From Leucobacter sp. (GTDB taxonomy: Bacteria; Actinomycetota; Actinomycetes; Actinomycetales; Microbacteriaceae): a stretch of 45,965 bases of DNA. Location of the stretch: positions 1-45,965 of the forward strand of contig JAGQTL010000025.1 in NCBI GenBank assembly GCA_020439035.1, in the 5' to 3' direction. How positions within the stretch are numbered: the stretch's first letter is position 1; each line of letters opens with the position of its first letter. A program made the position numbers and the translations under genes. Under the pieces are notes generated by a model. That model saw nothing but the letters and a program-made list of their open reading frames with translations. It searched no databases and was not told where the DNA came from. Positions 36,340 through 44,014 of the stretch are shown one piece after another.

Positions 36340-37677
36340 ATGGAGAACTCCGGAGGCAGTGCGGTAGACGTCGCCGTCGTGGGTGCCGGTATCGCCGGAT
36401 TGGTGGCCGCGCGTGAACTGGAAGCAGCGGGGTGCGAGGTGATGCTCCTCGATGCTCGTGAGCGCATCGGTGGTCGCACGGTTCGCACGGTCGCAGAATC
36501 GGGGGAGCTCATCGAGGGCGGTGCGCAGTTCGTGAAAGGCGGCCACTCTGCGACCCTCCGGCTGCTGGAGGAGTCTGGGATCGCACTGCAGACCTCACCC
36601 GCTGCCGGTGCGGACGTCTATGTCGAGGGCGGTATTGGCCGGCGTGAAACCGCGCCATTCTCTGGCAGCCCCGAGCGGGCACGGGAGTACGCCGCACTGC
36701 AGCACGAATTCGAGGCTCTGGCGTTCTCCTGCGGCACCGGCGAGATTGTCGCTCGCGCTGACGCCGCGAAACTCGATGCCGAATCGCTTCCCGAATGGGT
36801 GAGTGCCCGCACGGACGACCGAGGGGTCTCCCGGCGCTTCGTCACCGACACGTCTTTTGGCATGGGCAGCCTCGATGGTGAGGTGTCGTTGCTCGCGGCG
36901 CTCCACTACGCGAATGCTGCGGGTGCGCCCGACCTCGGCCACGAACGTTTCATCGCGACGGGCTTCTCAACGCTGGTGGATGCGCTGGCCGTGCAGCTCC
37001 GCGAGACGACGACCTTGCTTGACTTCCACGTCGATCACGTGGAGCGCGCGAACGGAGGCTACGAGATCCGGTCGGGTAGCAGGGTCGTCTCCGCGACGCA
37101 GGTCGTGCTGGCCATGAGTCCCGTGCTGATGCGCTGCATCGAGTTTGTCGGACTCGACGTCGTCGACGACTGGATTCCGGGCCGCCGATGGCGTCAGGAG
37201 CCCTCGGTCAAAGGCCTGCTGCGTTATGAGCGGCCATTCTGGGCGGATACCGGCCTGAGCGGCAACGTTGCCGGCGACGGCGAGATCTCGTATCTCATCA
37301 ATACCTCGACACCAGAATCCCACGATCTCACGGTGCTCTGGAACCTCGGACGGCACGACCGGAGCCCGGCGGATCTCCGGCGAACGATGCTCGACTTCGC
37401 CGCGGAGCACCTCGGGCACGAAGCGCTGGCGCCCCGCGATGTGGCGATCACGGACTGGTCGGCCGATCCGTTCTCGGGTGGGTGCGGCTCGCCGCTCAGC
37501 CCAGGAGATCTGACCTCCGGTGATCCGTTTGCCTTCGAGTTCGCACCCGGGCTCGTGCGCGCCGGCACCGAGTCGTCGCCGATCGGCTGGGGGTCGGTGG
37601 AGGGTGCGATCCGGTCGGGCTTCCGCGCGGCCGAAGTCCTCATTTCGGGTGAAGAGCAGAAGGGTGCCGACCGATGA
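36340..37677 (+). CDS. Flavin monoamine-oxidase family protein
   Basis: VVGAGIAGL, DARERIGGR, YERPFW..GLSG, DWSADPFSGGC, AGTE and EGAIRSG.RAA motifs. Start at 36337 or 36340. Confidence 0.9.
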   Translation: MENSGGSAVDVAVVGAGIAGLVAARELEAAGCEVMLLDARERIGGRTVRTVAESGELIEGGAQFVKGGHSATLRLLEESGIALQTSPAAGADVYVEGGIGRRETAPFSGSPERAREYAALQHEFEALAFSCGTGEIVARADAAKLDAESLPEWVSARTDDRGVSRRFVTDTSFGMGSLDGEVSLLAALHYANAAGAPDLGHERFIATGFSTLVDALAVQLRETTTLLDFHVDHVERANGGYEIRSGSRVVSATQVVLAMSPVLMRCIEFVGLDVVDDWIPGRRWRQEPSVKGLLRYERPFWADTGLSGNVAGDGEISYLINTSTPESHDLTVLWNLGRHDRSPADLRRTMLDFAAEHLGHEALAPRDVAITDWSADPFSGGCGSPLSPGDLTSGDPFAFEFAPGLVRAGTESSPIGWGSVEGAIRSGFRAAEVLISGEEQKGADR

Positions 37678-38861
37678 ACGAATCGCGATCAGGAGAAGCC
37701 GCAGCCTGGTGGCGGACGGTGCTCGGCGAGTTCCCTACCGGCGTGGTGCTCGTCACGACGACCGGCGCGGCAGGCGAGCCGCTTGCCATGATCGCCGGCA
37801 GTTTCGTCGCGGTGTCGCAGGATCCGCCAATGGTCGGTTTTCTCCCTGTCGCAGGATCGGGCACGTTCTCGGCGCTTCAGACCAAGGGCACGTTCAGTGT
37901 CAGCGTGCTCGGTGCGAATCACGAGTCGCTCTCAAGGGCGTTTGGCGGCAAGTCCGAGAAGCGGTTCGAAACCGCGGAGTGGAACGAATCCGGGGATGGC
38001 AACCTGCGACTGACCGATGCGCTCGCGTGGTTTGACTGCCGGTTGAACGCGGTGCATCAGGCCGGAGACCACCTGATCGCCCTCGCCGACGTGGAGGACT
38101 ACGGCGTGGGGGATGGCGGGGGCGGGCTGCCGCTGCTCTTTCTGCGCGGTGGCTACGGCGCGTTCGCCTTGCCGACCGAGCGCTTCGATGCGTCGGAGCT
38201 CTCGCGCAAGCTGCGCATGGTGGTTCGGCTGCGCGAGATCATCGCTAATCTCGCGAGCAAGCACGGCGTCAGTGTGCTGCTCGGGGCGCTGGCCGGCGAC
38301 TCGGTCGTGGTGCTCGCGGAGGCGAGCGGATGGAACGTCGGGGAAGAACCCCACGATCGTGAGGAGTTCGGGGTCAGCTTCCCCTTCGCCGCGCCGATGT
38401 CGCCGGCGCTCGTGGCCTGGGCCCCCGCTGAGCGCTCCAAGCAGTGGCTCGAAGGCGCTCGCCACCTCATCGGCAGCGTGGATCGCGATGCCTATGGGAA
38501 GCTGGTCGATGAGGTGCGTACCCGAGGATACGCGATCTCGGCCGGCCCCACGATGGTTGATCGGTTCGACCAAGTCATCGCCCGCAGCGGAGGTGACCGC
38601 GCTGAACTAGTCGCGTTGTGGCGCGATCTGCACGAGGACCACGTCTCGGAAAGCGGGTCCGATGTGCTGAGCTCGCTCCAGATCCCGATCTTCGACGAGC
38701 GGGGTCATGCAGCGATGGAACTCGTCGTCGCCGGGCTCGACCTGGTAGGGGCACAGGAGCTCGAGTGCATCGTCGAATCGGCGTTCGCCGCAGCCCGCGA
38801 CTCGACAGCTCTCATCGGCGGCGTCGCCGACCCCGACTGGGAAGCCGTGATCGCACGATGA
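37674..38861 (+). CDS. Flavin reductase fused to a C-terminal IclR-type (GAF-like) effector domain
   Basis: N-terminal WRTVLGEFPTGVVLVT, SFVAVSQDPP, AGDH and PLLF.RG; C-terminal G.SFPFAAP...LVAW, EVRTRGYAIS and LQIPIFD..G. No HTH seen. Confidence 0.8.
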   Translation: MNESRSGEAAAWWRTVLGEFPTGVVLVTTTGAAGEPLAMIAGSFVAVSQDPPMVGFLPVAGSGTFSALQTKGTFSVSVLGANHESLSRAFGGKSEKRFETAEWNESGDGNLRLTDALAWFDCRLNAVHQAGDHLIALADVEDYGVGDGGGGLPLLFLRGGYGAFALPTERFDASELSRKLRMVVRLREIIANLASKHGVSVLLGALAGDSVVVLAEASGWNVGEEPHDREEFGVSFPFAAPMSPALVAWAPAERSKQWLEGARHLIGSVDRDAYGKLVDEVRTRGYAISAGPTMVDRFDQVIARSGGDRAELVALWRDLHEDHVSESGSDVLSSLQIPIFDERGHAAMELVVAGLDLVGAQELECIVESAFAAARDSTALIGGVADPDWEAVIAR

Positions 38862-39004
38862 ATGCGGAGCCGACTCTCTCGTGTGTCACGCACGGCAGGC
38901 TGCGCTCGGAGTGCAGGAAGCGGCGCTCGCGGTACATCGTGAAGGCCCCGCAACTTCTACCGTGAGAAGTGCCGAATCGGCGAGAGAACAACGAGGAGTT
39001 TGAT

Positions 39005-40564
39005 ATGAGTGAGTCGCAGCCCACATTGCCGTTCACCGGTGATGAGTACCTTGAGAGCCTGCGCGACGGCCGCAGCGTCTACATCTACGGCGAGAAGGTC
39101 GAGGACGTGACCGTGCATCCGGCGTTCCGCAACTCGGCGCGGATGATCGCCCGAATGTACGACGCCCTGCACGCCGATGATGCCGCCGAACGCGGCCTGA
39201 TCGTGCCGACCGATACGGGGAACGGAGGCTTCACCCACCCATTCTTCCGCGCACCGAAGTCGGTCGATGACCTGATCGCCTCGCGCAACGGCATCGCCGA
39301 ATGGGCCAAGATCTCGCACGGCTGGATGGGGCGCTCTCCCGACTACAAGGCGACGTTCCTCGGCACGCTCGGCATCAACCACGAGTACTACTCGCCCTAC
39401 GAGGAGAACGCGCGCCGCTGGTACCGCGAGTCGCAGGAGCGCGTGCTCTTCTGGAACCACGCGATCGTGAACCCGCCGATCGATCGGGATCTGCCCGCCG
39501 ATGAAGTTGGGAATGTGGCGGTGCATGCGGTGCGCGAGACGGAAGAGGGCATCTATCTTTCTGGGGCGAAGGTCGTCGCGACGAGCGCCGCAATCTCGAA
39601 CGTGAACTTCATCGCCTACGCCGGCCCGCCGCTGAAGGATCCGCGCTATGCCGTCGTATGTGCGATTCCCATGGATTCCCCCGGGCTCAAGCTCATCTGC
39701 CGCCAGTCGTACTCGGTGGCGGCTCAAGCTGCGGGAACGCCGTTCGACTACCCGCTTTCCTCGCGTCTCGACGAGAACGACGCGATCCTCGTGCTCGACG
39801 AGGTCTTCGTGCCGTGGGAGAACGTCTTCGCCTACGGCGACACAGAGAAGGTCTCGGGCTTCCTCGCGCAGTCCGGGATCGACAACCGCATCATGCTCCA
39901 GGGCTGCACGCGTCTCGCGGTCAAGCTCGACTTCCTCGCAGGCATCTACATGAAGTCGTTGAAGATGACGGGCGCCGGCGAGTTTCGCGGCGTTCAGGCG
40001 CGGCTCGGAGAGATCCTCGCCATCCGCAACCTGATGTGGAGCACCACCGAATCGATGATCCGGAATCCGGATCCTTGGCTCGACGGCTATGTACAGCCGA
40101 ACAGGCTCGCCGGTACGGTCTACAGCTGGTTCGCCGTGTCCCAGCATTCGCGCATCCGCGAGATCGTGCAGGAAGACCTGGGATCCGCGCTCATCTACCT
40201 GCCCTCGCACGCGAAGGACTTCGAGAACGAAGAGCTACGGCCCTACCTCGACCGGTACGTGCGGGGCTCTCGCGGCGTCGACGCCGTCGAGCGGGTGAAG
40301 GTGCTCAAGGCAATGTGGGATGCCACGGGGAGCGAATTCGCGAGCCGACACGAGCTCTACGAGCGGAACTACCAGGGCACCCGCGAGAACTCCCGCATCA
40401 AGATCCTGCAGGAGATGCAGCGGCGCGGTGATGTCGACCGCCTGATCGGACTGGCTGACGAGTTCCTCGCGGGTTACGATCTCGACGGGTGGAACTCCGA
40501 GGATCTGTTCGACGGGAGCGACGTGTCTGTCGTCGAATCACTCGCAGGCATCGCAGAAGGATGA
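39005..40564 (+). CDS. HpaB/PvcC/PheA1-family monooxygenase oxygenase subunit (copy 3)
   Basis: PFTGDEYLESLRDGR, GRSPDY, NHAIVNPP, SRLDENDA, SALIYLPS and RHELYERNY motifs; GAGGAG RBS. Confidence 0.94.
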   Translation: MSESQPTLPFTGDEYLESLRDGRSVYIYGEKVEDVTVHPAFRNSARMIARMYDALHADDAAERGLIVPTDTGNGGFTHPFFRAPKSVDDLIASRNGIAEWAKISHGWMGRSPDYKATFLGTLGINHEYYSPYEENARRWYRESQERVLFWNHAIVNPPIDRDLPADEVGNVAVHAVRETEEGIYLSGAKVVATSAAISNVNFIAYAGPPLKDPRYAVVCAIPMDSPGLKLICRQSYSVAAQAAGTPFDYPLSSRLDENDAILVLDEVFVPWENVFAYGDTEKVSGFLAQSGIDNRIMLQGCTRLAVKLDFLAGIYMKSLKMTGAGEFRGVQARLGEILAIRNLMWSTTESMIRNPDPWLDGYVQPNRLAGTVYSWFAVSQHSRIREIVQEDLGSALIYLPSHAKDFENEELRPYLDRYVRGSRGVDAVERVKVLKAMWDATGSEFASRHELYERNYQGTRENSRIKILQEMQRRGDVDRLIGLADEFLAGYDLDGWNSEDLFDGSDVSVVESLAGIAEG

Positions 40565-40577
40565 ACAACGGAGTCGG

Positions 40578-41534
40578 ATGAGTAGAGACGTCGCGTACTA
40601 TCCGCCACGGGAGTATCGTGACCCGAGAGCCTGGGCGGTCGCCGCTTCACGTCTGATTCAGACGGCGGCGATCGCCCCGTTCTCCACGGGCGAGGGCTTC
40701 CGGTTGCGCGCGGAGGCCGCGGCGCTCGGGAGTATCCGCCTGGCTCATCTCGAATCCGGTCCCTATGCGCACGAACGCCGGGGGCCCGCTGCCGAACTTC
40801 CGGAACCCACATTCACGCTGACGCTTCAGCGGCGCGGAACGAGCCGGATCGTCCAGAGCGGCGGGCGCGTCGAACTCGGTGCTGGCGACTTCACGATCAC
40901 CGATTCGTCGCGCCCCTACCGGCGAGAATACCCAACGGCTGCGCAAGTGCTTGTCGTCGTCTTCCCGCAGCGTTTCCTCTCTGTGCCGACGCGCTCCCTC
41001 GCGCACCTCGTGGGCACGTCCATGCCCGGCAGCGACGGGCTCGGCGCCATTGCGTCCCGGCTCCTCGGAGGTATTGCCGACAACCTCCCGGCGCTTCGCG
41101 ATCCGCTTGGGCTCACGCTCATCGACACCGCTCTCGACGTCGTCTCGACGCTGCTCGCAGCACGCGCGCTCGGGGCGGAGGCGACGGGGACGCCGGTCTG
41201 GGAACTGCTCGAGATCCGTGACTACATCATGGAGCATCTCGACGATCCCGCATTGAGTCCGGCGGTTATCGCTCGGGAGAACTTCATCTCCGAACGCAGG
41301 TTGCACCACCTGTTCCAGGGTTCCGGCAGCACCGTCAGCGGTTGGGTGCGTGAACGCCGGCTAGAGATGTGTCGACGGGAACTCGCCGATCCCGCCGTGC
41401 GCTGCACGGTTCGCGAGATCGGTGAGCGGTGGGGGTTCAGCAACCAGACGCACTTCGCCCGGGTATTCCGGGCGACGTACGGTTGCTCTCCGAGCGAATT
41501 GCGCCTGCTCGGGCGACTCCCCGAAGACGCGTGA
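40578..41534 (+). CDS. AraC-family activator (FeaR-like), copy 2
   Basis: Close paralog of 32334-33281 (MSRDVAYYPPREYRD, LAHLESGPY, LLEIRDYIMEHL, RRLEMCRRELADP). Confidence 0.93.
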   Translation: MSRDVAYYPPREYRDPRAWAVAASRLIQTAAIAPFSTGEGFRLRAEAAALGSIRLAHLESGPYAHERRGPAAELPEPTFTLTLQRRGTSRIVQSGGRVELGAGDFTITDSSRPYRREYPTAAQVLVVVFPQRFLSVPTRSLAHLVGTSMPGSDGLGAIASRLLGGIADNLPALRDPLGLTLIDTALDVVSTLLAARALGAEATGTPVWELLEIRDYIMEHLDDPALSPAVIARENFISERRLHHLFQGSGSTVSGWVRERRLEMCRRELADPAVRCTVREIGERWGFSNQTHFARVFRATYGCSPSELRLLGRLPEDA

Positions 41535-41566
41535 GCGGCGGGGCCCTGAGGCACCCGCCGCTCACG
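41530..41566. terminator. Hairpin between convergent AraC copy 2 and SBP copy 2 (likely bidirectional terminator)
   Basis: cgtgagcggcggg ... cccgccgctcacg, 13-bp perfect stem. Confidence 0.7.
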
Positions 41567-41577
41567 ATGATGAGTGG

Positions 41578-42552
41578 TTACTCACGAACGCCGGCCGGCG
41601 TTCCGGTGAGGTAGTTCACGACCAGCTGGTCGCGCTCGAGCGTTGCGTCCGGCACATCGTGATCGGCCAGGATCTGCTGGTAGGTGCCCTCATCCCACAT
41701 GTGCTGCAGGGCTGCCGCGAAGGCGGTCGACAGCTTCGGCTCATCCTTCGAGAAGACGATTCCTGAAAGCCCGGTGTCGAAGTGATCCGCGTCGCTCAGC
41801 TTGACCGCCTCCACGCCGCTCAGAGTCTTCGCGGCACCCACGAGCACGGGCCACGTGTCGATCACGCCGTCGATGGCGCCCGAAGCGAGCGCCACCTCTT
41901 CGGCTTGGGTGAACGACTTGTACTCGATCAGCGGCTTGCCGTTCGGCGTGCAGAACTCGTCATTCGCGAGCCCCACGTAGTACTCCTGGATCGCGCCGAT
42001 TGCGCCGCCGATGGTCGCACCGCACATCGTCTCGAACGAGGTGATGCCCGAAGGGTTGCCCTCCTGAACCAGCACGGCGAGTGGGGCGAGGTAGTGCGGG
42101 ATCATGTCGTAGAGCGACTTCTCGCGCTCCGCGGTGACGGTGGCCTGGCCCCAGGCGACATCGAGTGCGCCGCTGTCGAGGCCGGGGAGCTGACCCGCCC
42201 ACTGCGTGTTACGCCAATCCATCTCGACGCCGAACAGCTTCCCGAGTTCGACGGACATGTCATAGGCGGTGCCGGCCGGCTTACTGCCGTCCGTCTCGTC
42301 CGCGTAGAGCACGGGCGGGTTGTCGAACGTGCCGCCGATCACGATCGTGTTCGACTCGAGGATGCGCTCGGGCAGCATGTTCCGCAGGTCTTCGTTGACC
42401 GTGGTCTCCGGCTCGGTGCTGTTCTCCGGGGTCGTATTCGCCGGAGTGCCGCCCGAGCAGGCGGTGAAGAGCAGCGTCGCGCTGCCGATCAGGGCGACGG
42501 CCGAGAGCAGCCGCCGCGTTCCCGAGGTCACCTGAGTTCCGAGTTTTGCCAT
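41578..42552 (-). CDS. Family-3 ABC substrate-binding lipoprotein, copy 2 (orphan)
   Basis: FTAC lipobox; paralog of 35158-36126 (FDNPPV, VAWGQATVTAERE, GAIQEYYVGLAND, LERDQLVVNYLTGTPAG). Real start is 42552 or 42558, not 44061. Confidence 0.88.
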   Translation of the reverse strand: MAKLGTQVTSGTRRLLSAVALIGSATLLFTACSGGTPANTTPENSTEPETTVNEDLRNMLPERILESNTIVIGGTFDNPPVLYADETDGSKPAGTAYDMSVELGKLFGVEMDWRNTQWAGQLPGLDSGALDVAWGQATVTAEREKSLYDMIPHYLAPLAVLVQEGNPSGITSFETMCGATIGGAIGAIQEYYVGLANDEFCTPNGKPLIEYKSFTQAEEVALASGAIDGVIDTWPVLVGAAKTLSGVEAVKLSDADHFDTGLSGIVFSKDEPKLSTAFAAALQHMWDEGTYQQILADHDVPDATLERDQLVVNYLTGTPAGVRE

Positions 42553-42660
42553 GTTCATTCCAATCGACGTTGAGTTGGGTGTTCGAATCGTGACGCCGGT
42601 TCCTCGAGAACCGACCTCTGGCTCGAAGCTAGACCCGCGCGCGCCGTTCGTCATCGGGTG

Positions 42661-42697
42661 TGCACTGTGGGAACGAGGCGGTGCGCACAAGGTGGAA
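42661..42697 (+). promoter_or_regulatory. Candidate AraC binding site, copy 2
   Basis: tgcactgtgggaacgaggcggtgcgcacaaggtggaa, with TAGATT 20 nt downstream. Confidence 0.6.
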
Positions 42698-42810
42698 AGC
42701 GGCCCTCGAATGCCTCGTAGATTCATGAGGGCACGGGCGCCGCGTTCACCAGCCGGTGGATGTCGTGGCCGGTCGTCCAGCCAGGAATTCACCGCACGAA
42801 GGGTCGAAAA

Positions 42811-43938
42811 ATGAGTACAGGTGCGATCCCGCCCACCATGAATGCCGCTGTCTGGCAAGGAGATTCCGCTGAACTCCGTGTCGAGCGGATTCCAGTGCCC
42901 CGACCGCGTGCGGATGAAGTCCTCATTCGGGTCGCCGCCTGCGGGGTGTGCCACACGGACCTCCATGTGATGAAGCGGGAGGTCGCGTTCCCCGCACCTG
43001 CGGTGATCGGCCACGAGGTGAGTGGTACCGTCGTCGAAGTCGGTGCGGAGGTGGCCGGCCTGGCGAATGGGGATCGCGTGGTGGGTGCCTTCATCATGCC
43101 GTGCGGGAAATGCGAGCAGTGCCGTCGCGGCCGCGACGATCTGTGCCTGCCGTTCTTCAACGAGAACCGGTTGAAGGGGAATCTGCTCGACGGTACCTCG
43201 CGACTGACTCGTGCAGACGGCACGCGGCTCTCCATGTACTCGATGGGAGGCATGGCGGAGTACGCGGTGGTACCCGCGACCGCACTGTCGCCGCTCGACG
43301 CGTCGCTCCCGCTTGAGGAATCCTGCGTGCTCGGGTGCGCGGCCTTCACCGCCTACGGTGCTATTGCGGCTGCGGGGCTGGAAGCGGGCGAGTCCGTAGC
43401 TGTGGTCGCCGTGGGAGGCGTCGGATCGAGTATCGTGCAGATGGCGGCTCGTCTCGGAGCCTCCCGGGTGATCGCCGTCGATGTCGCGGACGACAAGCTG
43501 AGGGGGGCTCAGTCGCTTGGTGCGACGCACACGATCAACAGTAGCCGCGAGGATGCGCGTGAGGCGCTCCAAGTGATCTCTCCGGGTGGCGTCGACGTCG
43601 TGTTCGAGGCGCTCGGGCGGCCGGCGACGTTCGAACTCTCGCACTCGCTCATGCGGGATGGCGGTCGCATGGTCGCCATCGGCATCGCGGATGGGGCGGC
43701 GACCGCGTCGATCCCCATAACGCAGCTCGTCCGGCGCGGGCAGACGATCCGCGGCTCCTTCGGAGCCCGTACGAGGAGAGATCTTCCGCGCGTGGTCGAG
43801 CTCGCCGCGAACGATGGGTTCGATGTGCGCGGTGCGGTGACGAAACGATATGCGCTCGCCGATGCGAATGCGGCATACGCGGATCTGGCGGGGGGTGGGA
43901 TCACAGGCCGGGCGATCGTCATCATGCCGGACGCATAG
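42811..43938 (+). CDS. Zinc-dependent alcohol dehydrogenase (MDR superfamily)
   Basis: CGVCHTD, GHE.SG, CGKCEQC...DLC structural zinc site, LGCA and VAVGGVG motifs; GAAGGG RBS. Confidence 0.93.
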   Translation: MSTGAIPPTMNAAVWQGDSAELRVERIPVPRPRADEVLIRVAACGVCHTDLHVMKREVAFPAPAVIGHEVSGTVVEVGAEVAGLANGDRVVGAFIMPCGKCEQCRRGRDDLCLPFFNENRLKGNLLDGTSRLTRADGTRLSMYSMGGMAEYAVVPATALSPLDASLPLEESCVLGCAAFTAYGAIAAAGLEAGESVAVVAVGGVGSSIVQMAARLGASRVIAVDVADDKLRGAQSLGATHTINSSREDAREALQVISPGGVDVVFEALGRPATFELSHSLMRDGGRMVAIGIADGAATASIPITQLVRRGQTIRGSFGARTRRDLPRVVELAANDGFDVRGAVTKRYALADANAAYADLAGGGITGRAIVIMPDA

Positions 43939-44014
43939 GCGGTGCTGTCGGCTTCGCAGGCCCGCCGCCCCCGCGGCGCCCCGCGCACGCATACGGAGCG
44001 AGTAGACTTGTATG

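Larger units (their letters stand above)
7790..43990. other. ~36-kb accessory cluster for flavin-dependent aromatic/amine metabolism, between ung and deaD
   Basis: Contiguous enzymes, transporters and local regulators flanked by housekeeping genes; no mobility gene seen. Confidence 0.65.

Noticed and set aside
7749..44000. Integrative element or transposon with att sites
   Set aside because: No integrase, transposase or tRNA is present, and I found no direct repeat shared by the two boundaries.
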